Assembly (NCBI GenBank): GCA_009698575.1 | Contig: WLPX01000003.1 | Coordinates: forward strand, 36,310 to 100,309 | From: Actinomycetota bacterium | Lineage (GTDB): Bacteria > Actinomycetota > Actinomycetes > S36-B12 > UBA5976 | Direction: 5' to 3' | DNA length: 64,000 bases | Shown: piece by piece, positions 26,518-35,939 of the stretch | Position numbering within the stretch: position 1 is the stretch's first letter | Layout: every line of letters starts with the position of its first letter | Program-made: the position numbers and the translations under genes | Notes under the pieces: model-generated | Seen by the model: only the letters and a program-made list of their open reading frames with translations | The model's database searches: none | What the model was told of the DNA's origin: nothing

Positions 26518-27615
26518 CTAGTTGATAGAACGAGTTCGGGATTGAGGAGGATTCAAAACCCAGCTGGCAAGTGCAACCACTCCTAATGCTGCCCCTAATC
26601 CAGTAATCCAAACCGGAACAAATGCAGTACTGACTGCTCCGAATGCAATCAATCCAGTAAAAGCAGTCATGATCAAAACTGCGCGCTCTTGGCCGTGGCC
26701 CAGCTTTAGCAAGCGGTGATGCAGATGCTCCTTATCGGGAGCAAATGGTGACCGACCTTTGCGGGTTCGGCGAATCACGGCAAGCAATAAATCTAAAAGT
26801 GGAATCGCCAAAATGGATAGTGGTAAAACAATCGGTAAGAATGCCGGCAACAATGTTCCGCCACTGAGCCCGCCAGGATCAACTTGTCCGGTGAGCATGA
26901 TTGAAGATGCCGCCATCAGTAAGCCAATTAACATAGAGCCGGTATCCCCCATGAAAACTCGAGCTCGATACCAGTTATGCGGTAAGAACCCAGCACACAT
27001 TCCGATCAGCGCTGCCGATACTAAAGTTGCTAGTGCCGCGCGCTGGTAACCATTGGCAACAGATAAGAAATATGAATAGGCAAAGAATGCTCCGGCACCG
27101 ACCATAACAATGCTTGCTGCTAAGCCGTCAAGCCCATCAACCATATTTACTGCATTGATACTTACCAACACAACAAAAACAGTAAGCAAGACTGAAGTAG
27201 TTGGATCCAAGATGAATGTGCCGCGAATTGGTAGCCAAACTAAAGTCACGCCTTGCATGGCCATGGCACCCGCCGCCAATATCTGACCAACGAGTTTGGT
27301 TGGTGCATCTAATCCAAATTTGTCATCGATGACACCCAGCACAACAATTATCAAACTTCCATAAATTAAGGCGTTGATCTGACGTCGATCAGTAAAGATT
27401 GTTGACATTAGTGGCAATTGACTAGCCAGAATAATTGCAACTCCTAATCCGACGAGCATCGCCAAGCCACCCCATCGAGGCGTTGGGAAAATATGTACGT
27501 CGCGATCTCTTACTGTGGCCATTGCACCAAAGCGAATTGCTAACGCCCGCGCGAATGGTGTCACTAAATACGTCACGGCAGCTGCTGCTGCTAGACACAG
27601 TAAATACTCGCGCAT
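26518..27615 (-). CDS. wecA: Polyprenyl-phosphate GlcNAc-1-phosphate transferase (MraY/WecA family)
   Basis: 365-aa polytopic protein with the NMVDGLDGLA motif. Synteny with Rv1302 (rfe). Confidence 0.85.
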   Translation of the reverse strand: MREYLLCLAAAAAVTYLVTPFARALAIRFGAMATVRDRDVHIFPTPRWGGLAMLVGLGVAIILASQLPLMSTIFTDRRQINALIYGSLIIVVLGVIDDKFGLDAPTKLVGQILAAGAMAMQGVTLVWLPIRGTFILDPTTSVLLTVFVVLVSINAVNMVDGLDGLAASIVMVGAGAFFAYSYFLSVANGYQRAALATLVSAALIGMCAGFLPHNWYRARVFMGDTGSMLIGLLMAASSIMLTGQVDPGGLSGGTLLPAFLPIVLPLSILAIPLLDLLLAVIRRTRKGRSPFAPDKEHLHHRLLKLGHGQERAVLIMTAFTGLIAFGAVSTAFVPVWITGLGAALGVVALASWVLNPPQSRTRSIN

Positions 27616-27640
27616 ATCTAAAGGTTAGACCCCAGAGAAA

Positions 27641-28915
27641 TTAAGAACGCGGGTATGCGGGGAACTGAGCAGTTAAATCAAGCACCTCAGCCTTGATTTG
27701 GGCATGAACTGACGGATTATCTGTTTTAACCGCACGGCCAATCATGGAAGCGATCTTTGCCATTTCTGGCACACCCATTCCTTGAGTAGTTAGCGATGGC
27801 GTACCAACCCGAACACCCGAAGTTACCGCAGCTGGTTTGGGATCGTACGGAATTGAATTCTTATTCAAAACTATTCCTGAATCACTTGCTCGCTGCTCTG
27901 CTTCCTTGCCTGAAACATCGATACCTTGCAGATCCAATAGCGCTAAGTGTGTATCAGTGCCACCTGTAACCGGTCGCATGCCTTCAGCCGCAAGTCCAGC
28001 AGTGAGGGCTTGGGAGTTAACAATTACATCTTTTACATATTTTTGATATTCAGGTGTCGCACATTCCTTCAACGCAACAGCCTTGGCTGCAATCACATGC
28101 ATCATTGGACCGCCCTGCATCATTGGGAAAACCGCTTTATCAATTGCTGCCGCATGTTCCTGCTTGCAAACAATCATTCCCGAACGTGGACCACGCAAAA
28201 CTTTGTGAGTGGTAAATGAAACTACATCTGCATACGGAACTGGTGACGGAATTGCTTTACCAGCAACTAGCCCGATGAAGTGAGCGGCATCTACGTGCAT
28301 GATTGCGCCAACCTCGTCAGCAATTTCGCGGATTGCTTTGAAGTCAATTAAGCGTGGAATTGCTGAGCCACCAGCGATAATCATCTTTGGCTTGTGCTCG
28401 CGAGCCAGATCCCGCAATTGGTCGTAATCGATATTTTCAGTTCCCTCAGCAACGCCATAGTGAACTGGGTTAAACCATTTTCCAGAGTAAGAGACACCCG
28501 CACCGTGAGTTAAGTGACCACCGTGAGGCAATGACATAGCTAGGTAAGTATCGCCTGGCTGCAGGAACGCACCAAAGACCGCAATGTTTGCACTCGCGCC
28601 AGAATGTGGTTGCAAGTTTGCATGGTCGGCGCCAAAAAGTGACTTGGCTCTTTCGATTCCAATGGTTTCTGCCACATCTACAACTTCGCAGCCGCCGTAG
28701 TAGCGCTTGCCCGGGTAACCTTCGGCGTACTTATTACTTAAAGTTGAACCAAGTGCTGTTAAGACTGCAGGTGAAGTGAAGTTCTCAGATGCAATTAGCT
28801 GGATACCTGTGCGTAAGCGGGTTAGCTCATCTAGCAGCACATTTGCAATCTCTGGATCTGTTGATTGCAGCTGCGCAAAGTCAGATCCGAAAAAAGTTTC
28901 ACTCATCGTATTCAC
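27641..28915 (-). CDS. glyA: Serine hydroxymethyltransferase
   Basis: 424 aa with the PLP motif SFTTHKVLRGPRSG. Confidence 0.96.
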   Translation of the reverse strand: MNTMSETFFGSDFAQLQSTDPEIANVLLDELTRLRTGIQLIASENFTSPAVLTALGSTLSNKYAEGYPGKRYYGGCEVVDVAETIGIERAKSLFGADHANLQPHSGASANIAVFGAFLQPGDTYLAMSLPHGGHLTHGAGVSYSGKWFNPVHYGVAEGTENIDYDQLRDLAREHKPKMIIAGGSAIPRLIDFKAIREIADEVGAIMHVDAAHFIGLVAGKAIPSPVPYADVVSFTTHKVLRGPRSGMIVCKQEHAAAIDKAVFPMMQGGPMMHVIAAKAVALKECATPEYQKYVKDVIVNSQALTAGLAAEGMRPVTGGTDTHLALLDLQGIDVSGKEAEQRASDSGIVLNKNSIPYDPKPAAVTSGVRVGTPSLTTQGMGVPEMAKIASMIGRAVKTDNPSVHAQIKAEVLDLTAQFPAYPRS

Positions 28916-28965
28916 CTTTAGTAACTCTGGCCGTGGCGCGCAGAAATACCAGTCTAAGGGTGAAA

Positions 28966-29625
28966 TTAATTTGTTGCTGAGGCGTCAATTACGCCAGGAA
29001 GTACCTGCCGAATGTGCTCTAGGGAAATTACTCCGGCCCTAATCAGTCGCAAATTGTTAGTTGTGGCGTCAACGACCGTTGAATTTCCACCCGCTAGCTC
29101 CCCACCATCTAGGTAAAAATCTACCAAGTCACCCAATTGGGCTCGTGCCTGTTCCACAGTCTGGACTGGGCCGTGCCCAACTTGCTGCGTTCCAGTCATA
29201 ACGCAAGGTCCAACCCCAGCAAGCACTGCAAGTGCAGTTTCATGATGCGGAACTCGAACAGCTAGTGCCGAGTCCATCGGGCCATTACTCCAAGAAAGTG
29301 AATCTTGGGCAATCGTCAAAATGGTTAGCGCCCCTGGCCACATAGCACTGGCTAAATCATTTGCAAGTACTGAAAAGTTTGCAACACCCCGAATAGTGTC
29401 CAGTGATGCGGCGGCGATCGGTAAGGCAATCTCGGCAATCTGTTTTTTTGCCATCCGTAATTTAGTAACGGCGGCTGAATTGAATACATCGCAAACTACC
29501 GCATAGGAAGTGTCTGTCGGAATCACCACAAGTCCCCCACCCGAAATTGCAGCAATTGCTTTCGCTACTGCTTGCTGCACATCAGAACCTGAAGCAGGTG
29601 GGGATACTAACAAAGTTTCGGACAC
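28966..29625 (-). CDS. tsaC: L-threonylcarbamoyladenylate synthase (TsaC/YwlC/Sua5 family)
   Basis: 219 aa with VVIPTDTSYAVVCD and RVP motifs. Synteny next to prmC. Confidence 0.85.
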   Translation of the reverse strand: MSETLLVSPPASGSDVQQAVAKAIAAISGGGLVVIPTDTSYAVVCDVFNSAAVTKLRMAKKQIAEIALPIAAASLDTIRGVANFSVLANDLASAMWPGALTILTIAQDSLSWSNGPMDSALAVRVPHHETALAVLAGVGPCVMTGTQQVGHGPVQTVEQARAQLGDLVDFYLDGGELAGGNSTVVDATTNNLRLIRAGVISLEHIRQVLPGVIDASATN

Positions 29626-29629
29626 GAGA

Positions 29630-30529
29630 CTATCTTCCTACGCTTGGCTTAGTGGTTCTAACTGCGGTAGTAAACCTAGGTAGTTGATTGTAATCCTGAT
29701 TATCTTTTACCTCTTGCCAAATACCTAACATGGAATTCAGCAACGCTGGAACGCTTTCACCTTGCACATCAGCATGCTCCATGCCAAAGAATCCACCAGG
29801 GTGCAATAAGTCAGCACCGACCAAGGCAACTTCGCGCGCAACATCCAATCCATCTTCCCCGCTAAACAATGCCATCGCTGGATCATGATCTCTGGCTTCT
29901 GGGTCTCGCGGAATCATGTCCTGCGGAATGTAGGGCGGATTTGTTACAACTGCATCAAGCTGTCCAACCATGTCAGCAAGTAAAGTTCGGTCTCCGGCAT
30001 TTCCATGATGAATAAATACATGTGAACCCACCGCTTCAAGTTGAGCCGCGTGATCAACCACGTTGTGGGCCAGCCACTTGACAGCGTCTTCAGAAAGTTC
30101 GACTGCAAGAACTATTGTGCCTGGAACTTCCAATGCAATCGAAAGGGCAATTGCACCACTACCTGAGCAAAGATCAACAACATTGCGCGGTGCTGGGATA
30201 TTTTTTAAATGTGCAATCGCAGCTTCAACTAAAAGCTCTGTTTCAGGTCGCGGTACGAATACGCCCGGACCAACTGCAAGTGCTAAGTGACGAAAGTACG
30301 CAAAGCCCGTTAAGTGTTGCAAGGGGACGCGATTTGCTCTCCGGGCCACTAAGGCATTGAAATCAAATTCTTGGTCGGCAGTGATTTCTGAAACTGAAAC
30401 TAGTTGTGAACGTTCCAGGCCACAGGCATGAGCAAGAAGTAATTCGGCATCAACTTGTGAGCTCGAAACTCCAGCTTGATCGAGCAGCGCCGCAGCACTA
30501 CTTAATAGAGCTTTTGTTTCGACAGACAT
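29630..30529 (-). CDS. prmC: Release factor glutamine N5-methyltransferase
   Basis: 299 aa. SAM motif DLCSGSGAIA and catalytic NPPY. Confidence 0.92.
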   Translation of the reverse strand: MSVETKALLSSAAALLDQAGVSSSQVDAELLLAHACGLERSQLVSVSEITADQEFDFNALVARRANRVPLQHLTGFAYFRHLALAVGPGVFVPRPETELLVEAAIAHLKNIPAPRNVVDLCSGSGAIALSIALEVPGTIVLAVELSEDAVKWLAHNVVDHAAQLEAVGSHVFIHHGNAGDRTLLADMVGQLDAVVTNPPYIPQDMIPRDPEARDHDPAMALFSGEDGLDVAREVALVGADLLHPGGFFGMEHADVQGESVPALLNSMLGIWQEVKDNQDYNQLPRFTTAVRTTKPSVGR

Positions 30530-30532
30530 TGA

Positions 30533-30736
30533 TTACTTCTGAGCTCTAAAGTGAGCGACAAGTGCATTTGCATGACCATGCCCCATGCCGTATTCATCCT
30601 TTAGAAAAGTAACCATTTCCATATGCTTTTCGATTTTTGCTTTTTTAAGGATTTTCATCCATTCATCGATCTTCTTGCCGTAATTCTTTTCAATTGACGG
30701 AAAGTAGGAAGCCGGGCCTTTAACTGGTTCAGCCAT
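30533..30736 (-). CDS. DUF4287-like small protein
   Basis: The likely start is MAEPVKGPASYFPSIEKNYGK (30736). The longest ORF (to 30787) would overlap the prfA 3' end. Conserved GMGHGHANALV motif. Confidence 0.65.
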   Translation of the reverse strand: MAEPVKGPASYFPSIEKNYGKKIDEWMKILKKAKIEKHMEMVTFLKDEYGMGHGHANALVAHFRAQK

Positions 30737-30738
30737 TA

Positions 30739-31821
30739 TTAATCTCCTAGCGTTGCGAGTCGTTCCTTGGTGTCCGCTTCGATGCAAGCACCAATAACTG
30801 GATCCAAATCACCGTTCATCACTGCATCTAGGTTATTGCTCTTAAAACCAACGCGATGATCAGCTAACCGGTTTTCTGGAAAGTTATAGGTACGAATTCG
30901 CTCCGACCGGTCGACAGTACGGACCTGACTCTTGCGGGCATCAGATGCGGCTGCCATTGCCGCTTCTTGCGCAGCAGCCAACATGCGAGCTCGCAAAATT
31001 CGCATGGCAGATTCTTTATTCTGAAGCTGAGATTTTTCGTTCTGACAGGAAACCACAATTCCCGTAGGAACGTGAGTAATGCGAACTGCCGAGTCAGTTG
31101 TGTTAACACTCTGCCCGCCAGGACCGGATGAACGAAAAACGTCAATGCGCAAATCGTTTGGATCTATTGTCACATCAACTTCTTCAGCTTCTGGAAGCAC
31201 TAATACGCCAGCTGCGGAAGTGTGGATCCGTCCTTGAGATTCCGTAACCGGCACACGTTGCACTCGATGCACGCCACCTTCAAACTTTAGGTTTGCAAAT
31301 GGCGCATCTTCTGGCGCTACGACGCCTTTTGACTTAACCGCGATTGCAATATCTTTGTAGCCACCCATGTCAGATTCTTCGGCTTCTAAAACTTGAGTTG
31401 CCCAACCGCGCTTTTCAGCAAACTTTAAATACATGCGCATTAGATCGCCAGCAAATAATGCTGACTCTTCGCCGCCAGCACCAGCTTTGATTTCAAGAAT
31501 CACATCATTGCCATCCATTGGATCGCGTGGAATCAACATCTCTTGAAGTTTTTCGGCAGCAGTGTCGCGGGCAATTGCCATCTCTTCGGCTTCTGCCAAG
31601 AATGCTGCATCTTCGCTACCCATTTCGCGAGCTGCGATTTCATCCTCGCTGAGTTGAAGCCATTCACGATATTTGGCAACTACTGGCTTTAGTTCTGCGT
31701 GACGCTTACCAATGCGGCGTGCTTCATTTGGATTGCTATGAGTCGCAGGATCACTGAGCTTGGTTTCAAGCTCGTCGAGCTCGCTAACCATTGCTTCAAC
31801 CTTGTTGAAGTCTTGTGCCAT
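30739..31821 (-). CDS. prfA: Peptide chain release factor 1
   Basis: 360 aa. GGQ motif SGPGGQSVN and a PVT tripeptide (VPVTES). Confidence 0.96.
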   Translation of the reverse strand: MAQDFNKVEAMVSELDELETKLSDPATHSNPNEARRIGKRHAELKPVVAKYREWLQLSEDEIAAREMGSEDAAFLAEAEEMAIARDTAAEKLQEMLIPRDPMDGNDVILEIKAGAGGEESALFAGDLMRMYLKFAEKRGWATQVLEAEESDMGGYKDIAIAVKSKGVVAPEDAPFANLKFEGGVHRVQRVPVTESQGRIHTSAAGVLVLPEAEEVDVTIDPNDLRIDVFRSSGPGGQSVNTTDSAVRITHVPTGIVVSCQNEKSQLQNKESAMRILRARMLAAAQEAAMAAASDARKSQVRTVDRSERIRTYNFPENRLADHRVGFKSNNLDAVMNGDLDPVIGACIEADTKERLATLGD

Positions 31822-31865
31822 CAGTTTTCCTTAAGTAAGTGGTGCTAAAAGTTATGCAGAGATAA

Positions 31866-31912
31866 AAAATGAGGCGCTGTCATCATCCGAAGACGACGAC
31901 AACACCTCATTT
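31866..31912 (-). terminator. Intrinsic terminator after rpmE
   Basis: Inverted repeat AAATGAGGCGCTGTC / GACAACACCTCATTT. The two mismatches become G-U pairs only in the minus-sense RNA. A U6 run follows on the minus strand. Confidence 0.6.
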
Positions 31913-31918
31913 AGAAAG

Positions 31919-32128
31919 CTAGGACTGCTTACCGAAGCGCTTCTCGAACTTGGCAACACGGCCACCAGTATCAAGAATCTTTTGCTTGCCGGTGTAGAAC
32001 GGGTGGCAAGCGCTGCATACGTCAGCGTGGATAACACCGGTCTTTTGGGTGCTACGAGTTGTAAATGTATTTCCGCAACCACAAGTGACTGTGGTGTCTA
32101 CGTACTCTGGGTGGATACCAGTCTGCAC
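31919..32128 (-). CDS. rpmE: 50S ribosomal protein L31 (Cys-containing form)
   Basis: 69 aa: MQTGIHPEY...CGCGN...[13 protein letters not shown]. Confidence 0.95.
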   Translation of the reverse strand: MQTGIHPEYVDTTVTCGCGNTFTTRSTQKTGVIHADVCSACHPFYTGKQKILDTGGRVAKFEKRFGKQS

Positions 32129-32287
32129 GGATTTCTCCTTATTAATACTGTGATCGGGTCGCAGGCTCGGATGCCTTGCGTGAACCGACTAACCCCTTGA
32201 TTGTGCCAGTTTTCAGGGATTCCTACAAAACGGGCATAATTTGGGGTCAAGTCACGGGCTTTTCAGTCAAGCAATAACCTAAGTGAC

Positions 32288-33571
32288 ATGCTCACTCGTC
32301 AGGATGCCTTAGGTCTAGATGCCAATGATCCATTGGCAAAATACCAAGATTTATTTGTCGTCACGGACCCCGAAGTTTGCTATTTAGATGGCAATTCACT
32401 CGGTCGCCTGCCTAAGAAAACCATTGAGACTATAAATGATTTCTTGGTCAATGGCTGGGGAACCAAGATCGTCGACGGTTGGGCCGACTGGATTGATAAG
32501 GCCGAAACTACTGGTGACCTAATTGGTCGAGCAGCTCTCGGCGCTAGTGCCGGTCAGACTCTGGCCATGGATACCACAAGCGTAAATTTCTATCGCTTGG
32601 TGCGCGCTGCAATTGCGGCTCGACCTGGACGCAAAACCATAATCACCGATGAAGCCAACTTCCCTACCGATCGCTACATCATGCAAGGTATTGCCGATGA
32701 ACTTGGTTTGAACTTAGTTGTGATTCCTAATGATTTACAAGAACATGAAGTTGGAAAACCGTTTAGCGACGAACGAGTCACGCCAGCAATATTGAAGCCT
32801 TATCTGACCGACGATGTTGCGCTTGTAACTCTGTCAGTAGTTGCTTATCGGTCCGGGGCACTACACAACATCAAAGAACTCACTGACTTAGTGCGCGCTA
32901 ATGGCACACTTTTGGTTTGGGATGCCAGTCATGCAGTTGGCGCAGTCGACATGCAGTTCGATCTCGATGGTGTGGATTTGGCAGTTGGCTGTACCTACAA
33001 GTATGGAAACTCTGGACCCGGCTCGCCTGCTTGGTTATACGTGAGCAAGCGCCTGCAGTCAGAATTACAAATGCCAATACAGGGATGGTTCGCGCAACGC
33101 AATCAATTCCTAATGGGATCGAAGTTCGAGCAGATTGAAGGTATGCGCGGCTTTCAAATTGCTAGTCCATCAATCATTGGCTTACTTTGCATTGATGAAG
33201 GCTTCGGGATGATTGAAGCTGCATCGATCTCAGCGATAAATGCCAAGGCATCCAAAGGCACTGACATGATGATCGAGCTATTTGATCAATGGTTAGCTCC
33301 CCTTGGCTTTGAATTGGTTACGCCACGAGATTCAAAATTACGAGGTGGGCACATAAGTATTTACCATCCTGCAGCTGCCCAGATTGCACGTGGCTTGCGC
33401 GATGATATGAAAGTGATTCCAGATTACCGAGCTCCAAATAGTATTCGCGTTGCTATTTCACCACTTGCTACTTCATTTGTTGAGGTTTTTGAGGGCTTTG
33501 AGCGCATCCGTGATTACACGAAATCTGGAAAATATAAAGATTTAGATCTAAGCCACGTCAAGGTTTCTTAA
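32288..33571 (+). CDS. kynU: Kynureninase-family PLP hydrolase
   Basis: 427 aa with the kynureninase signature GCTYKYGNSGPGSPA (PLP lysine) and DASHAVG. Confidence 0.8.
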   Translation: MLTRQDALGLDANDPLAKYQDLFVVTDPEVCYLDGNSLGRLPKKTIETINDFLVNGWGTKIVDGWADWIDKAETTGDLIGRAALGASAGQTLAMDTTSVNFYRLVRAAIAARPGRKTIITDEANFPTDRYIMQGIADELGLNLVVIPNDLQEHEVGKPFSDERVTPAILKPYLTDDVALVTLSVVAYRSGALHNIKELTDLVRANGTLLVWDASHAVGAVDMQFDLDGVDLAVGCTYKYGNSGPGSPAWLYVSKRLQSELQMPIQGWFAQRNQFLMGSKFEQIEGMRGFQIASPSIIGLLCIDEGFGMIEAASISAINAKASKGTDMMIELFDQWLAPLGFELVTPRDSKLRGGHISIYHPAAAQIARGLRDDMKVIPDYRAPNSIRVAISPLATSFVEVFEGFERIRDYTKSGKYKDLDLSHVKVS

Positions 33572-33593
33572 TGCTGCGGGTTACTCTGTAATT

Positions 33594-34190
33594 ATGAGTA
33601 ACCAAATTGAAACTGTAATTACCATCCAACTTGAAAATCGCGATCGCAAGTCCGTCGCACTACGTATTTTCTTGGTAGTGCCTATTGCCATATTCGTTTC
33701 AGCTTTTACGGCTTGGTCGGGTTCCAGTGAGGCATCTACCTTCTTATCAGGATTACTGTTCCTGCCGATTGTGCTAGCTCTTGTTTTCCGGGGAATCTAT
33801 CCGTCTTACGCGTTGGCTTTTAATCAGGCTCTTTTGGCGCTTTCAACGCGAGTTTCGGCTTACATTTTATTGCTAAACGATAACTACCCATCAATTGAAG
33901 AAAGTGCCGATGTAAAAATCACATTCCCAGATGTTGATGGTGGCGCGAAACTCAATCGTTATCTGCCATTAGTTAAATGGTTTCTTGCGTTGCCGCTTTA
34001 CCTAGTTGGACTGGTTTACGTAATTTATGGCTTGGCTGTTCTGATCTTTACTTGGTTTACGATTTTGTTCACTGGGAAGATGCCAGCAGCAAGTGGTGAA
34101 GTTCTTTTGGGCGTCACACAATATTGGAATCGAGTTTATGGCTACGCATTCTTACTGGTAACAGATGAGTACCCAAGCTTTTCACTCTAG
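33594..34190 (+). CDS. DUF4389 membrane protein
   Basis: 198 aa with the pattern FTILFTGKMP...YWNRVYGYAFLLVTDEYPSF typical of DUF4389. Confidence 0.7.
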   Translation: MSNQIETVITIQLENRDRKSVALRIFLVVPIAIFVSAFTAWSGSSEASTFLSGLLFLPIVLALVFRGIYPSYALAFNQALLALSTRVSAYILLLNDNYPSIEESADVKITFPDVDGGAKLNRYLPLVKWFLALPLYLVGLVYVIYGLAVLIFTWFTILFTGKMPAASGEVLLGVTQYWNRVYGYAFLLVTDEYPSFSL

Positions 34191-35929
34191 TTTCTAATTA
34201 AATTTGCTAGTTCCTTTAGATCAAGGCAAACGTCTATCCCCAAGGCTTTGAGCTGTTCAGTAACGTCAACTGGCATGTCTTGACCTTCAATCTCTTGGTT
34301 GAGGCGCCCGCCAATTATTACCTGCGGTGAAATTTCTCGTTTGGCTAGCTCTGCCAAAAGGTTCTCGGCATAACTTAGTGCCATTCCATTGTGAGTTGAA
34401 ATTAAAACCGCGGTGGCATTTTCTTGAAGTGCTAATTCAGCTAACTCATCAGGATCAATGCCAACTGAGCCAATAATTGGTTTTATATCCAGGCTTTCCA
34501 CAGCGTCAATTACAAGTCTCATGCCAATTTCATGCACATCACTTGAGGCAATAACTGGCTTATGAGACTTATTCAGGATCCAGTTTGCAGGGCGCACCAC
34601 TTCCCTAATCTTTGCCCGCTCCGATAGGAAGTCTTTTAGAACGTCAGTTGGAACTAAGGGCTCATAACCATCAAATAGCGGATCTTCGGTTGGTGTACCT
34701 ACGCCAAAACTTCGCTCTAGCTGGCTTGGTCCCAATCGGCGTACTGCAAGTAATAGTTGTAACGGATCCTTTATGTCTGCACCAAGCTCTGATAATCCGT
34801 TTATCAAATTGTCAAAGAATTTGTTTCCATTTTTTACTAGTTCTTGGCTTCGAAACTCAAGACTCTCCCAATTGGTGACTGGATAAATCGAATCCAACTT
34901 AGCTTTAGTGTGATGTGCAATTGTTTGGACATCAATAATTTCTTCGGGAGTTGGAACTCGGATGGCTTCAGTAACCGGAACCGGCATAATCGATGACCCA
35001 GCGCGCAAATGTCGATCGGCCAGCATCATGTACAAAACATCTACGCCAAGTACTCCATAGTTCTGTTCAATGTTTTGGGTATATCGAGTGGTATTTCCAA
35101 AGTAAAACGATGAGCAAACATCAGGCGGTCGCAACGTTTCGATAGCCATCGTTACGATCGTTTTTGTAATTGGATCATGGGTTAGGCCACCATAGGCATG
35201 CGCAAGTTTTGCACCAATCAATTCTTCAACTACATACCTTTCAAATTTTGCCCAACCAATGTAAGAGGCATAATCTCCAAATTGAGCTGGGAAGCCATCA
35301 TCTAAGTAGGAATGCACCACTGCCCCTTGTGATGCTTTGCTCGCCATCATGCCAAGGGCTTTTACTACTTCGCTCATTTGCGCGATATCGTCGCCCGGCC
35401 ATCCTGGATACTTCCAGGCGAACTGCGATAAATTACCGATATAGTTCACGCCTGCTGTTAAAGCGCGACGAGTATTGTCGACCGATGATGGAGATCCGAT
35501 CATCATGTCGCCCATGTGGGGTTGGATTTGAATGGAATGAGCTACTTCATTCCATTCCGAGTCTGAATTCAACATAGGACCGGTTTCTTTAAGCGCTCCG
35601 GCTCGATACTCGGGCGGAAGTCCCATTCGGCGATCCAAGGCGATAATAAATCTGTCTATATAGAAACCACGATCTGAAGTTTTTTGCCAGATTTTTTCTA
35701 GACCCTTTTTGGTTTCGGGCCAATCTGTCAAGCCAATAGTTAAGGCCGTCATAGTGCGACCTGCTTTAGCCATCTTTAATTTGTACTCAAGCTCAGAACT
35801 CACACCATGAAATTTACAAAATGCACTAGTGCCCATTTCGATTTGGTTTCCCAAATCTTTTCCTTGCGCAACTAACGATGGACCATCTAGCAATGTCCCT
35901 GTGAGAAAAAATTCCTTAGTCGCTTTCAC
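34187..35929 (-). CDS. Orphan cobalamin-binding enzyme: about 450-aa N-terminal catalytic region fused to a C-terminal B12-binding (DxHxxG) Rossmann domain
   Basis: 580 aa. The C-terminal roughly 125 aa align by eye to the glutamate mutase S subunit: DVHEIG (34523-34540), ISTHNG (SxL position) and VIIGGR (GG position). The N-terminal region is unassigned and could be a GlmE/2-methyleneglutarate-mutase-like barrel. Confidence 0.7.
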   Translation of the reverse strand: MKATKEFFLTGTLLDGPSLVAQGKDLGNQIEMGTSAFCKFHGVSSELEYKLKMAKAGRTMTALTIGLTDWPETKKGLEKIWQKTSDRGFYIDRFIIALDRRMGLPPEYRAGALKETGPMLNSDSEWNEVAHSIQIQPHMGDMMIGSPSSVDNTRRALTAGVNYIGNLSQFAWKYPGWPGDDIAQMSEVVKALGMMASKASQGAVVHSYLDDGFPAQFGDYASYIGWAKFERYVVEELIGAKLAHAYGGLTHDPITKTIVTMAIETLRPPDVCSSFYFGNTTRYTQNIEQNYGVLGVDVLYMMLADRHLRAGSSIMPVPVTEAIRVPTPEEIIDVQTIAHHTKAKLDSIYPVTNWESLEFRSQELVKNGNKFFDNLINGLSELGADIKDPLQLLLAVRRLGPSQLERSFGVGTPTEDPLFDGYEPLVPTDVLKDFLSERAKIREVVRPANWILNKSHKPVIASSDVHEIGMRLVIDAVESLDIKPIIGSVGIDPDELAELALQENATAVLISTHNGMALSYAENLLAELAKREISPQVIIGGRLNQEIEGQDMPVDVTEQLKALGIDVCLDLKELANLIRN

Positions 35930-35939
35930 GCGTCACCTC

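Noticed and set aside
31852-32082. 76-aa minus-strand ORF overlapping rpmE
   Set aside because: It is an alternative frame of the L31 gene and terminator region. The L31 frame gives a canonical ribosomal protein sequence.
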